This document shows positions 1 through 13,535 of a stretch of 64,000 nt of DNA, one piece after another. The notes under the pieces are model-generated. The model searched no databases. It was not told the origin of the DNA and worked only from the letters and a program-made list of their open reading frames with translations. The position numbers and the translations under genes were made by a program. How positions within the stretch are numbered: position 1 is the first letter of the stretch; every line of letters starts with the position of its first letter. This DNA is from Octopus sinensis (taxonomy: Eukaryota). The stretch is from assembly GCF_006345805.1 (NCBI RefSeq), contig NC_042998.1, positions 19,654,001 through 19,718,000 of the forward strand, given 5' to 3'.

Positions 1-15
1 AATTATAATAATCAT

Positions 16-57
<42 letters not shown>

Positions 58-119
58 ATACATAATACTTATAGATAGATAGTTCTTACTCGAATAATTT
101 ATATCCTCTATGACTAAAA

Positions 120-960
120 CATAAAATATCACAAAACAATAACCAGTGTATCAGCTCCAATCCAGCTTTTAAATCCTGAAAACAAATAAATCACATCGCA
201 TTCGAAAACAGCTATAGGCTATTCATAAATTTTTGTACAGTATTTTGCTTTCCTTCTCCCGGTTCCCATTGGGTAAAAAATGAAATAATATTTTAGGAGC
301 GCCAACAAAATTTATAAGGAAGGGTGTTTTATGTAAATTTCGCGCTTTATCTGTGATTGCTAACTATTCAAGATCTATATTTCTACACAGTGTATTCAGG
401 ACTCTACTATCTAATATATCACCCCTTTTATAATGAAAAGGTAGCTCGTACATATTTTCTCGCTATTTCTAACAGGTCAACTGTCTAATTAGAGGTTCTA
501 TTCGTGTGTAGCAAATATCCATATGACAATCCACATGGGCCGGTCGATATGTTATTTTTTTATTTCCCACATTACAAATTAACAGGTACGGTGCTGCATG
601 ATAATTTGCTGGTTTATTGTTACCTTATGCATTATTTGCATGGCATATGATGCCACGTAAAAAATGCTAATTTCTATCATTGCACTTATTAAAATTTCAA
701 AGAATACAGCTGTAAAAATTCATACTTCAAATCTAACAATGACTTGAATGATTTCCAATACACTTTACAAATATTCTTCCATTTTTCCGTAACGCTCTGC
801 CTCTGAGATGGATTAACCTGTTCAAGTGTATAATTATTGAACCATTATAAAAATATTTCTTTACAAATCACTAAATGCTTACAAGAAAATGTTAACGCCT
901 ATTGACAAATGCATGACGTACAAATTTCTCTGTCCACTCGACGTTATGTATTACTAATGG
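120..960 (+). pseudogene. Decayed CUB units, segment 1
   Basis: SQNNNQC at 129-149 followed by KQINHIAF and an FRSA-like motif near 290-300; TGTVLHDN and NFKEYSCKNSYF near 585-740; stops present. Confidence 0.5.
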
Positions 961-1593
961 TTTCAAATCTTCGCACAGGCCTGTAATTTCGGAGTAGGGG
1001 AATATTCGATCCCAGTGCTCAATTATCATTTATTTTATCGGCCCCTAAAGGAGTGAAGGGTAAAGTCCACCTCAGCGAAATGTGATCTCAGAATGTAAAG
1101 ATGGCCAGCGTGCTAACGATTGTGTCAGCTCGACTCCCTATGTTTTGTACTAATAAAAATAATAAAGCAATATAGCTCGAGACCATAACATAGTAGACAG
1201 TAAATTGATTAATTTGTAATTCTGCTTGATGCAGAAATAGAATATACAAAAGTGATTGCTGATGTTTCATCCAGGAGTAACCCTGATCAAGCCGATGTGC
1301 GACATAAACGTCGTCATTATAGCGAATTAGACGTAAGAGCCAGATAGTCTATACATTGGGCATTTAAGCTCACACGCTATACCACGAAAGGAAACAAGTT
1401 GCCACGGTAGGATCTAAGTGACAGTATGACAGTAGTAGTGATCACTATGTCCTTTATGCATATATTGTGGAAGAGTATTTATGAATAGATTTCAATACAG
1501 GGAAATGGCACGTGATAGAATTTGATCTCAGAACATAAAGAATAAAATTTTCTGGCACTGTGACCGACGGAATGAATATCATTTAAAATAAAT

Positions 1594-2101
1594 ATAAATG
1601 CGCTCTTTTAAAGCCTAGCTAGGCTCATGGGCCCGGTTTCCTGGTTTCTATGGCGTATGTATTCCCCAGCTGGACGGGCCGCCAGTCCATCGCAGCGTTA
1701 CTCATTTTTGCCAGCTCAGTGAACTGGAGCAATGTGAAATGAAGTGTTTTGCTCAAGAAAACAACGCGTCGCCCAGTCCAGGAATCGAAACCACAATCTT
1801 ACGATCATGATGCTGACACCCTAACCACTAAACCACGCGCCTCCACAAATAAATGCGCCCTTTTAAAGCCTAGCCAGGCTCATGGGGACGGTTTCCCGGT
1901 TTCTATGGTGTATGTACTCCCCAGCTGGTCGGGACGCCAGTCCATCGCAGCGTTACTCATTTTTGCCAGCTGAGTGGACTGGAGCAACGTGAAATTACAA
2001 GCTTTGCTCAAGAACATAACGCGTCGCCCGGTCCAGGAATCGAAACCACAATCTTAAGATGATGATCCTGACACCCTAAACACTAGGCCACGCGCCTCCA
2101 C
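1594..2101 (-). mobile_element. Two tandem copies of tRNA-derived SINE family A (about 250 bp each: 1594-1846 and 1849-2101)
   Basis: Reverse complement reads GGAGGCGCGTGG..TAGTGGTT (A box) and GGTTTCGATTCC (B box), then TGTTCTTGAGCAAAAC..TGCTCCAGTCCACTCAGCTGGCAAAAATGAG; the two copies are near-identical. Confidence 0.85.
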
Positions 2102-2104
2102 GAA

Positions 2105-5100
2105 TATCATTTAGGTATATATATAACTGACACTATTCCATTCCAGCATAGGTCTATATTGTTGGTATGCAATGGGTTATAGCTTAGGGTAATTAATATG
2201 TGGCAATTCTTATGTGTTATTGTTGTTATAATACTTTTCCCTATCAAACGGGTTTGAATATCTGGTGATGTTTTAAAATAATTAGAATCCCATTTCTCCA
2301 TATGAGATCCGATGACATGCAATCAGTTTTCGTTTTCAATCTTAATAACAGTGATTACAAATAATTAAATTTGGAGGATCATACGAATAAAAATAATTAA
2401 ATCAGGATCGTATAACGACTTCTTGTATTGAAAAGAAGCGATTCGGAAACGTTTTATAAACAATATAAAATTGGATATCCACCGGCTTAATTCGCCACCC
2501 GTCTCCGAGAAATGGCATTCAAAATATTATGATGATACTGCAACATATGTTATTATTATAATATTTTCATTATATAACTATTGAATTGACCATAGTGTCG
2601 GCTATTGTTACACTGTACTATCTTGAAGCCCTTTTTCACGGTATCTCTGAACTTTATGCTGTATAGTATAGCATATAAATTTTTTACCCCTTAAAGTAAA
2701 GTTGGTGGTGAGAGCATGTCGTTGTCGCTGTTGCAGTGGATTTATATCACAATATAAAGTACTACAATATAGTGCAATATTACTATAGTAATATAGTACT
2801 CAATCTAGAATACAACTCGCAAGGGGCACAAGAAAACTGATAAGTATTTGGACCTTCGTTTGGAAATCCCAAACATAATGCGGAATACGCAAACTAAAGT
2901 TAGTCCAATAGATGTGCAGCTTCTTGTTCTATTCGTAACAATTTTGCAACCTCTTGTCCAGGATGCAAATATAATATCTCATATTTTAGTATTACAAATA
3001 TCTGCATTACTTCCTGCTCTCCACTGCAAGTCACTGACTATCTAAAGTCGCATAACTTCATAGAGAGTATCTAGCATGTAACCAGTTAGGCTGTGAAGCC
3101 GTGTAAGAAAAACTACGAATCCATGATTGAAGGCAATATTATAGAATAGAAGCAAATATTTTCGACAACCATCTTCCAATCTAATATATCTAACGTCAAA
3201 GCATAATTATTTTTATTCAGAAGAGTTAATTAGTAATGAATTGCTTGTTTGAATTCTTAGAATAAAATATTTTTATCTGAAAATTGCTATCATAATACTC
3301 GCTATAATATTGATATTATGCATCATTCTGAGCGACTTCCGTTTCTTGAGAAGTCGCAGTTTCTCAGTACTTTAATATTTTATGTACTATAGTAGTTTAT
3401 GTGAATTATTATGTAATGTGTCTACATAAAGTTATTCATTTACGTTTTAAAATTTAAGAAAACAATAACTAGAACAGCGTAATTCAAAAGAAATTAATTT
3501 GTTATCAGTTCGAAGATATATTTCTTATTAGAATTCATATCAAACACATTGTGTTTGCAGAAAACTACAGCACCTAAAAATGTCAAACAACTGTTATATA
3601 TATGTAATGCGTATTTTATTGGACTGTTGGAAGATGAAAATCAAGGTAGATCCCGGTGAACTGTGATCGCAACAATTGATTTATAATTAAAACAAATTCT
3701 ATTGAGCGATCTAATTTTTAGTGCAATTGACTGTCTTCTAATAAACTATCTAACAATAAGAACATCTAAACGAAAACATTTTTGTTCTACGGTGGTTGGC
3801 ATATAAGGATAATAATTGCAACGCTAGTCACAGAAATTTTTCCGTTAGGATAAATCCAATTATACATGTAGAGTGGTTCTGATGTTAACGTCCGTTGTTA
3901 GAACTGAAAGGAAACACTTAGAATCCATAAAATATATTTGCTAATTTTTCTTATTTAATATTTCTCTTCAATTGCATAATATCTGGTAGAGAATTAGGTG
4001 TTCCCACTAGAAGCCAGCTTTCTTCGGTTTAGTTCCGAATACCATGGAGAAAATGAACGATTGTAAAATATATCTTCTATTTGCATTCTTCTTCATTTCT
4101 TCATAGAAATATGAAGAGGTTGTTACATAGAATAGCTGTGAATTAATGTGGCATTTGTTATTCACATGGAACAAAAATTACCATAGATATACATACTGTC
4201 GTTGATGCATATGCACAATAGTATGTTCATTGAAACTACAGAAAATTTATATTCATCAACGATATAGCGTTCGCTTAAAACTTTTATGGCCCGCTCAAGC
4301 TGTGACCCTGGTTTGACATTTTATTCGACAGGAATAAAAGTGTACATGCAGCTACGAAGATCTGAAGGTGGCATAAAATCTTACTGGAGAATAAAGTAGA
4401 AGTTCAAAAAGAATTGGTTATACTGTCTAGAAATATATTTATACATGTTGCCATTTCGCTGCTATTATTGGTATAATGGTGAAATATATCAAAAGCACCG
4501 TCCAGTGATCAAAACTATTATATGCGTAGCGTTTGCACATTATGGACGGATGGAGATATATTGTCTAAGATTTTCAATGAGTTTCCAGATTCTATTAATT
4601 CAATTGTATGTCAATGTAAATATGCACTACTATTAACTTTGATATCATTTCTTTCCATTACATTCATTCTGCTTTATTTAACAATAACAAAAACATTGTA
4701 TTGAAGATCATGTTCCAATTCAGTCACGGATCTCATTGGTGATATCACTCTTTATACTTTAAATGCCTGACTTCCTTTGTCATTTGCAGGCTTACATGAC
4801 TTCCAATGGAAACTCCGTGCGATTTCCCCGACCGCGTTATTATCGACAAACCATAATATTACGTCGTTGGCCGTTATTCTCTATGTGTTTTGTTTCTCAG
4901 TCCTATTATTTGCTTCATCTTTTATTTCTAGAATCTATTGCAACCAATAATTTTCGTCTTTGCTTTTTGTTCATTTCAAGGACGCTGTGATAAGCAGCTA
5001 TGTTAAATTTGTGAGAAAGCGCTGTAGTTGCCACTAATCAAATTCTATTTCTGAGACAATAATAACCATTTTGAGAATAGAACAAATTGCGCAATTTAGT

Positions 5101-6300
5101 TTGGTTAGTGTCAACAGTCTGTTTTAAACTAGCGCTGGCAAAAATGCCTCAGGGATTTTATTTGAACATGGATAGAGATTATACTTAATGTTGTCTCTTA
5201 ATTATTGTACAATACATAATCAATTTACAAATAAACTGTGTCCCATCATTTTCAGATATTTATAAGTGGGTGTTTATTTTAATAAAGATGTTTAGATCCC
5301 TGAATTTATAGTCTTGATTTTGTATTCTTGAATGTATAGAGGAAATTCTATTGATATATACATATATTCGAATTAAAAGCAAACGTAAGGTTTACAAGGA
5401 AAATTATATTTTCTGAAAAACATAATTAGAAGATTTTTCATTTGACATTTTGCGAGATGAAATGTCGAAAGTTCTTAGTAATGCATATAGCCTAACTATT
5501 GAAAATTGGGCGAGATGTTAAGTCTCTATACGTTTACTAGACATGCTATAAACAACTGACCAAGCGTTCTGGAATTTCATATTTCTAATTTTCTAATGCG
5601 GGAATACGTTGAATGTATAATAGAATGGTTCAAGATTATTCGCTAATGAGGTATTTATCAGGTTTATTTAAAGTAAAACAATCAGTTATACTTGAATCAC
5701 AGTATTATTAATTTTCGAGACTATGCGGAAACCATAACGATGATAAATTATTTTGAAGTTGCTATAACCAAACAACCTCGTTAGACTTTGATCAATACCT
5801 CATCAATATTTTATTAAATGTGAGTGAATATCTCTTTCGACGTAAATATGGATGCGATTGTCACAGGTACGGTCATTATACATGTTTTTTTTAAATTTTT
5901 AATTACGTTTACACTCTCGTATTTATCCAATATTTTCGGAGGGGCATGTTACAGATATGAAGGCCAATTATCTCCGAATAATTGCATCCCTGAAACTAAA
6001 AATAGGTTAAGGTAAAATCCTATTCAGTTTTTCGAAATGTTTAGTATTTCAAACAAATTGGACGTGAAGATATCAATAATTATTTTTCAGTGACACCGTT
6101 TATCTATAATTGATTATTTCTGATATCAAAAGTCGAAGAAGACCTTAATTGTACGAATGAATTTCCGAACGATGCGAACACAGGTTGATATTATATTAAA
6201 CTAATCCACTTCGTGATTTTCTAATTTACGAGCTACTGGGCAATTATTCACGCATCACTCAACCTTTTATAAGGAAGTATAGGTATATATTCTGTCTTAG
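2105..6300 (+). pseudogene. Decayed CUB units, segment 2 (several abutting domains)
   Basis: ICGNS 2196-2210; TGLIRHP near 2481-2500; PGCKYNISYF...DYL near 2958-3045; YKDNNC 3802-3819; FLRFSSEY near 4018-4041; LHIMDG near 4531-4550; one frame 4711-4950 reads CSNSVTDLIGDIT..*LPLSFAGLHDFQWKLRA...SSFISRIYCNQ*; EGQLSPNN near 5958-5981; KTLIVRMNFRT near 6138-6170. A decayed SINE remnant lies at about 3610-3720. Confidence 0.72.
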
Positions 6301-6741
6301 AATCTCTATTAAATGACCTGCATATATATAATAAAGGAAAACATATGGAGACATATTTTCTAGTATAATATATCATTAGATATGGAAGTATATATATTCA
6401 CACGCAAGCATGTAGCATATGCTAATAACTGTAATTATTGAAGGTTTCAATTTTTCTTCTCACTGTTGTGAAGGTAAAAGTTAAAAAATCAAAATGATAT
6501 ATCATTTGAGTCGAAATAATATTCCTTCAACGCCAAGTTAAATAATGGAATTCCTCCTCTATTGAGATATCTCTACTTGTCTTTTCAAACTTAATGCTTA
6601 ATATAATGTCGAACTTTAGAAAAACACAAACAGATATGGTATTCTAATGAATGGTAAATATATCTGTATTTGCTTATGATACTTGAAAAATAAAACAGCC
6701 TGTTCACAATATAAAACGTAGACAGTTACCACCAGATGTAT

Positions 6742-6821
<80 letters not shown>

Positions 6822-6827
<6 letters not shown>

Positions 6828-8265
6828 AAAATAATTACAGACATGGACAAGAACATGAAACACCACAGAGACGACACAAGAACCACAGGACGGGACATTC
6901 GAAGCCCTCAGTCATCAGTCAAGAACCAGATCATCTTAGCAATTTCGGCTGATTAATCTTGAGATTGCTCCGATATGGCCAGCCCGCCAAGGGAAATCTA
7001 AGCCAAGCGCATTAGATCCCCTGGAAGAAAGCTTCGAATGTATACACACGAGGACGGAAAACGAACGAAGTACACGAACAAAATACAGAATACGTGACAC
7101 CATAAGAATACAAAAACGTAAAAACAATAACGGTAAAAATAAAAAATAAACAACAAAACAAAACCAGGACGTAGGACAAGGGTCTTTCGACAGGACGAGG
7201 TGAGTATGGGGCTGGCTTGTGAAGTTGTGCCTAAAGGCCGCAGGGAGACGAACAAATACGTGTTGCTTCTGCGACTGCTGAAACGAAAAGAGCGCTCAAC
7301 AGCGGCTAGCGGTCACGTGAGAACAAAAGACAGGAGAAAGGGACAGATGAAAAGAGAGAGAAGGTGGACGAGGGAGGAGAAGAAAGAGACAGATCGAGGG
7401 GGTTGGAGGTGAGAGAGATAGAGAAACGTAGAAGGGGGGGGGGAAGACGGATGGAGAGGGAAAGAAAGGAAGGCGAATAATGGAGGAGAGAGAGAGAGAG
7501 AGAGAGAAAGAGACAGATTAAGAGTCGTATCAATGCTAGAGAAAAAATATACTTATCGTATAAGGACAATTGTGGATACGTAGCCGCCGTTTGTATAGGT
7601 AAACAGTAAAAATAATTACAGACATGGACAAGAACATGAAACACCACAGAGACGACACAAGAACCACAGGACGGGACATTCGAAGCCCTCAGTCATCAGT
7701 CAAGAACCAGATCATCTTAGCAATTTCGGCTGATTAATCTTGAGATTGCTCCGATATGGCCAGCCCGCCAGGGGAAATCTAAGCCAAGCGCATTAGATCC
7801 CCTGGAAGAAAGCTTCGAATGTATACAACACGAGGACGGAAAACGAACGAAGTACACGAACAAAAATACAGAATACGTGACACCAATAAGAATACAAAAA
7901 CGTAAAAACAATAACGGTAAAAATAAAAAATAAACAACAAAACAAAACCAGGACGTAGGACAAGGGTCTTTCGACTGGACGAGTTGAGTATGGGGCTGGC
8001 TTGTGAAGTTGTGCCTAAAGGCCGCAGGGAGACGAACAATACGTGTTGCTTCTGCGACTGCTGAAACGAAAAGAGCGCTCAACAGCGGCTAGCGGTCACG
8101 TGAGAACAAAAGACAGGAGAAAGGGACAGATGAAAAGAGAGAGAAGGTGGACGAGGGAGGAGAGAAAGGGACAGATGGAGATGGGGGGGCTGGAGGTGAG
8201 AGAGATAGAGAAACGTAGAAGGGGGGGGGGGAAGACGGATGGAGAGGAAAGAAAGGAAGGGGAAT
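6822..8265 (-). mobile_element. Tandem pair of Penelope-like terminal repeats (about 780 bp period: 6822-7600 and 7604-8265)
   Basis: Near-identical direct repeats. The minus-strand frame ends HSKLSSRGSNALGLDFPWRAGHIGAISRLISRNC* in both copies, followed by a CTGATGA-containing motif; flanked by (TA)n. Penelope assignment is inference. Confidence 0.55.
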
Positions 8266-9204
8266 TATATATATATATATATACATGTTTATATAATGTA
8301 CGAATATGGTGGTAGTAATTGAAAAATGACTCATTTAATGGATTAGGTAAGAAACCACCTAGTAGACCAAGACAGAAAAAAATGCGTAGTGCGTAGTTCG
8401 CTGCAGCTGAAATACAATAAATCCAATTGTTACTGATTATTTAATTAAGATTATATAAATCTAAAGGAAGAGTTAAAAGATGAATATATTTATTTCACCA
8501 ACTGACATCCATATAACGACGATGGTTTTGCTGCCTTTATCGTAGGAAAATGATAAATTTTAGTGCATAATAAATAATTAATTTACACGACTGTATTAAT
8601 ATATGTTATATAATTTATATAATACAGCTGTTCAATGTATAATATGATACAGGAAAAAAAATTTTGCTATCAGGTCAATGAAAATAGAGAGTTTTTTTTT
8701 ATCGTTATCGTTTCATAAATTAAACAACTGTACACTATAATTTATATTAAATATTTTAATATAAGTACGTAAGATAATTTATCATTTATTATACTCTAAA
8801 ATGAATTACTTTACTTTGATAAAGGCTGCGAAACGATCGTTTTATATATGTAGTAACTGACAGAAACGGTCGTGATTTCTGGTACTCGACTGAGAAAAGA
8901 AGGCCACGAATGACCAGTCTTTTTTTCCTTGTCTTTCTAATTATTGTTTCTCGTGTCCGCCTTTGTATCGTCTATCTGTCCGAATGCTTATACTGTCTTC
9001 TATTGCGATTTTTTTTCATTTTCATATATATATATATATATACGTGTTTAGGTGCGCGCGTGTGTGTGTGTGCGCGCGTGTATGTGTGTGTGTGTGTGTG
9101 TGCGCGTGTGTGTGTGTGCGCGCGCGCGTGCGTGCGTGCACGCGTGTGTGTGTGTGCGCGCGTGTGTGTGTGTGCTTGTGTGCCTGTATAAATATATATA
9201 TTTT

Positions 9205-9433
9205 TTTATTCTTTTACTTGTTTCAGACATTTGACTGAAGCCAAGCTAGTGAACCGCCTTTAGTCGAACTCATCGACCGCACAACTTATTCTTTGTAAGC
9301 CTAGTACTTATTCTATCGGGACGCTTTCGCCGAACTGCTAAGTTACAGAGACGCAAACACACCAACATCTGTTGTCAAGCGATGGTGATACAAAAATACA
9401 TACATATACATACACACACATATATATATATGC

Positions 9434-9467
<34 letters not shown>

Positions 9468-9863
9468 TCAGCTGTAGAAATGAGTTGCGACGTCACTGGT
9501 GCCAAGCTGTATCGACCTTTGTCTTTCCCTTGGATAACACTGGTGGCGTGGAGAGGGGAGGCTGGTATGCACGGGCGACTGCTGGTCTTCCATAAACAAC
9601 CTTGCCCGGACTTGTGTCTAGGAGGGTAACTTTCTAGGTGCAATCCCATGGTCATTCATGACCGAAGGGGGTCTAAAAAAAAAAAAATAATATATATATA
9701 TATATATATAATATCGGCTTCTGTCATTTTCCTTCTATCAAATACACTCACAAGGCTTTGGTCGGTCCAAAGATATAGTAGCAGACATTTGCTCAAGATG
9801 CTGTGCAGGTGGGACTGAACTCGGAGCCATGTGGTTGGGAAGCATGCTTCTTTCTACAGAGCC

Positions 9864-9865
<2 letters not shown>
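9205..9865 (-). mobile_element. SINE family B copy (minus strand) interrupted by a + strand SINE 3' fragment at about 9465-9675 and by microsatellites
   Basis: Tail at 9205-9385 and head at 9710-9865 match the reverse complement of family B; the insert begins CACTCAGCTGTAGAAATGAG. Confidence 0.7.
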
Positions 9866-9903
<38 letters not shown>

Positions 9904-10039
9904 ATATATATATATAGATATATATATATATATATATACATACATACATACATATATACAATCCCAATACGAAGACAATAGTGCAAATTTGATGCAGATC
10001 TGAGGAGGAATCCCCACTCTAATGCTTAAAGCCGCAAGA

Positions 10040-11020
10040 GATTAATGTGTTAGTCGCTTATTTTCAGTCACATAGGCTTCAAATATTCCTGTATGAACTG
10101 GTCTTTGACAAATTGCACATTTTCCAGAACAGCAAATACGTTTATGAATTGATATCCCAGATATTTTCATTTCGTTATATATACAAATATATCTGTATTT
10201 TCTTCTTGTACAATTCAAACAAAACTAGTTTAGAAGAAAAAAACTTTTAATAAACGCAAATGCAAAAATAGTACATCATGAAGAGACCTCTCGTTTTATG
10301 TATGAGAACCGCAATGTTGAATATATTAATTCGTTTTCCTACTTCAAGAAATTCTTTGAAAGTGTAACTTGCTTCCTTGAATTTCATCTTTACAGTTTAA
10401 TCATACAAAAGCTATATGATATTTATAACCAAGTTCTGCCGAATCGCGAATAAAATATATTTTGAAAGCATCGCTCAAAACCTTTCGATTCACTCAAGTA
10501 ATGTAGTTTTCAATATGCCATCATATTACATTTCTTAGATTTGGAATATTTTTAATATTGTCAGGGCATCTTCTAGGAATTTCTTTTATACAGGCGTTAT
10601 TAGGCCGTTGCGCAGTGCAATACTGCATACCACCAAATGACATACTTTTGTACATTTTTAGTGACAATGACGTCATTCACGAAAGTTGTAAGATGTTTAT
10701 TTTCAGAACTGAATTACATTTCAAAGTACCCAGCACACATGTTTCACATGATGTTGATTTAACGTGAAGTGTCTTTTCAAATTTAGCTATTTCTGCATTT
10801 CAAATTTATTTAACATAGGACATATAAATAGAATAGGACATCATGGATAAACCGTGAACGTGAAGTCCTTTAAAGTATATTTCTTTCACAAACTGATTTG
10901 TTTGTCCCAATATGGGCATTTATGCAGAAAAGGTTAATCGGATGATTCCGATGCAACATCACAAGACTCGTTAGAATATTCTAGATGCTTCCTCTCCAAC
11001 AACCCCCACGCTGGTCAGTC
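10040..11020 (+). pseudogene. Decayed CUB units, segment 3
   Basis: ORF 10047-10250 contains FDKLHIF. ORF 10558-10767 reads SGHLL...RCAVQYCIPPNDILLYIFSDNDVIHESC, matching the CUB core (C.W.I.APPG..I.L.F.DFDLE.H.SC). Confidence 0.68.
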
Positions 11021-11218
11021 CACCACTTTCTTATACGTATAAAGCCAAGAAAAAATAAAGAAAACAAATAACTTCTAAAGCGTAAAAACTGAAAAGATTA
11101 AAGGGGGAAATGAGAACAATAGCACCATGGGGGATAAAGTGAATGCTTGGGAAATATAAGCATACATTAACGAAACGCACATCAATGAAACCCATTACTA
11201 AACAAACCAATATATATA

Positions 11219-11372
11219 GGCGTAGGAGTGGCTGTGTTGTAAGTAGCTTGCTAACCAACCACATGGCTCCGGGTTCAGTCCCACTTTGTTAGGTGTCTTC
11301 TGCTATAGTCCCGGGCCGACCAATGCCTTGTGAGTGGATTTGGTAGGCGGAAACTGAAAGAAACCTGTCGTG

Positions 11373-11403
<31 letters not shown>

Positions 11404-11600
11404 GTTTGTGTGTCTGTGTTTGTTCCACTAGCATTGTTTGACAACCGATGCTGGTGTGTTTACGTCCCCGTCACTTAGCGGTTAGAATAAGTAATGGGGC
11501 TTACAAAAAGAATAAGTCACGGGGTCGAGTTGCTCGACTAAAGGCGGTGCTCCAGCATGGCCGCAGTCAAATGACTGAAACAAGTAAAAGAGTAAAAGAG
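11219..11600 (+). mobile_element. SINE family B with internal TA/TG microsatellite
   Basis: GGCGTAGGAGTGGCTGTG..CCAACCACATGG.TCCGGGTTCAGTCCCACT head; GGTGCTCCAGCATGGCCGCAGTCAAATGACTGAAACAAGTAAAAG tail. Confidence 0.85.
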
Positions 11601-11611
11601 AGAGTATATAT

Positions 11612-11645
<34 letters not shown>

Positions 11646-11811
11646 ACGTGATGAAATTTCGTGTAAAAATAGGGTGTAAATAAGAGCATGAATGAAAGTA
11701 GCTTCCCTTCAAACGAGGGATTATTAAATGCTCTAAAACATATTGAGATCTATGTTCTGTAATCTAATGCTTCTACCATTATTTGAAAATGTAAATGCAG
11801 AACATAGATCA

Positions 11812-13535
11812 ACATGAAACAAACATACAGGTCAGTTTTTACAGTAAGATGCTGGAGGTCCGATTGAAGCTAGTATTTTTGAATGCTGAATGAGGTAACT
11901 CTGAGTAAGCGTTGATGCTTCACCGCTACCTTTACATCCAACTAGATGGTTAGATAGGCACCCGGATTCATGGCTTGGATGCCCCCTAGCCCCCTTAGTG
12001 TGTAAGAAGGTAAAGACCAAAACACTTGCTACCGTGGGGTTTCTTCTCTCAACCCCTTTTGATGTTCAGCTTCCTCAAAAGTTTCTTATCACCGACCTCT
12101 ATATTCATGTTCATTCATTTTCAATTTACTTTCATATGGTTACGTGTGGGTATGAACGTATTTTAATATATCTAAAAGCATAATGTACGTAAGGAGACTA
12201 TTTCAATATTCCCTTCTAAAACGAAAACACTTACGAATTTTAATGATCTGTCTCATTCTCTCTTTCACATACTTTCCTTGTTTCACTATCTCTTACCCCT
12301 TCTCAATGAAATCACTAAATTTATCTAAAAGAAGCTCTACAAAATTTTGCTTCAGACAGAATCACTTATGCGGCCTGGCAACCAAGATTACAATGGAGAA
12401 CGAAAATACCACGTAAGATTATACAAACTATAAAACGGTCTTCTGATGTTTTCCAGTGATAAATCCATTAGACGACACGGAGACATTTTATAAAAAAAAA
12501 AATATTTATTAAAACGTTGTTTAAGACTATACAAAGACAGACAGAGAGATACATGCATACACACACACATATAAACACACACACACATAAACACACATAT
12601 ATATATGTATACACATACATGCATGCATATATACATATATACATACATTCATACATACATATGTCTGTGGTGGTGATTGGGAAAGTCAGTGGGGTATATA
12701 CTAGACACTGTGTACCTGGGAATTCCGTAAAAGTTAGCTGGGTTATGATGATGTTATATCCTTCACAATGTGTATGTATATATATAAAGCTGAGGCGCGT
12801 GGTTTGGTGGTTAAAGCGTTGAACTCACGATCGTAATATTGCGGTTTCCATCCCTGGGCCGGGCGACGCGTTTTGTTCTTGAGCAAAACAATTTATTTCA
12901 CGTTGTCAAAGTCTACCTTGCTGGCAAAATTAGTATCACTGCGATGGCCCGGCGTCCCGTTCAGGTGAGGAATATATACGCCTTGGAAACCGGATACCTG
13001 TCCCTATGAATCCATATGGCACGATAAGGATCTTTATCCTATCCATACATACTACTGAGAACAAATTACGCGAACTTTGTAACAAAGCAAGTTAGGCTGC
13101 ACAAGGTGACCTGCTAAATCCTATCAATGTTAAAATGACCTAAGATGACGGACACCGTATCTCTTTCTTTACACTTTATCCTCCACTATTCAGACAAACA
13201 TACAGGTTAGTTTTACAGAAAGATGCTGGAGGTCCGTTTGAAGACACTATTTTCGAATGCCGAATGAAGTAACTCTGAGTATGCGTTGATGCGTCGCCAC
13301 TACCATTACAACCAACTAGATAGTTAGATGTGAGTAGAAGAGGGCCCGGAAGTCATGACCTGGCCCCTTTAAAGTGCAAGAAGATAAAGACCAAAACTTA
13401 CTATCGTGGGGTTTCATCTCTCAAGATCTTCTGATGTTGAGCTCTCTTAAGAGTTTCTTGTTACCGACCTCTGCTTATATTCGTATTCATTTTTTTTCAA
13501 ATCACTTTCATATGATTAGGCGTATCTAAAAGCAT
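11812..13535. repeat. Diverged direct duplication, 11812-12190 versus 13195-13535
   Basis: Collinear matches such as AAACATACAGGT.AGTTTT, GATGCTGGAGGTCCG.TTGAAG, GTAACTCTGAGTA.GCGTTGATGC, GTGGGGTTTC and TATCTAAAAGCAT. Confidence 0.85.
12791..13040 (+). mobile_element. SINE family A copy
   Basis: Same head and body as 1594-2101, in + orientation. Confidence 0.8.

Noticed and set aside
4790-4950. Apparent terminal exon with a good acceptor (TTTGCAG|G) and a hydrophobic C-terminus, suggesting a TM or GPI tail
   Set aside because: The same frame continues upstream into a CUB start (4711-4749), and the segment aligns better to CUB motifs (DFQWKLRA, SRIYC)
10520-10680. Minus-strand Cys-containing frame MSFGGMQYCTAQRPNNACIKEIPRRCPDN
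   Set aside because: Antisense shadow of the CUB-like + ORF 10558-10767; no convincing acceptor site
12791-12865. tRNA-like A/B-box heads here and in other SINEs
   Set aside because: No complete cloverleaf; each continues into a SINE body
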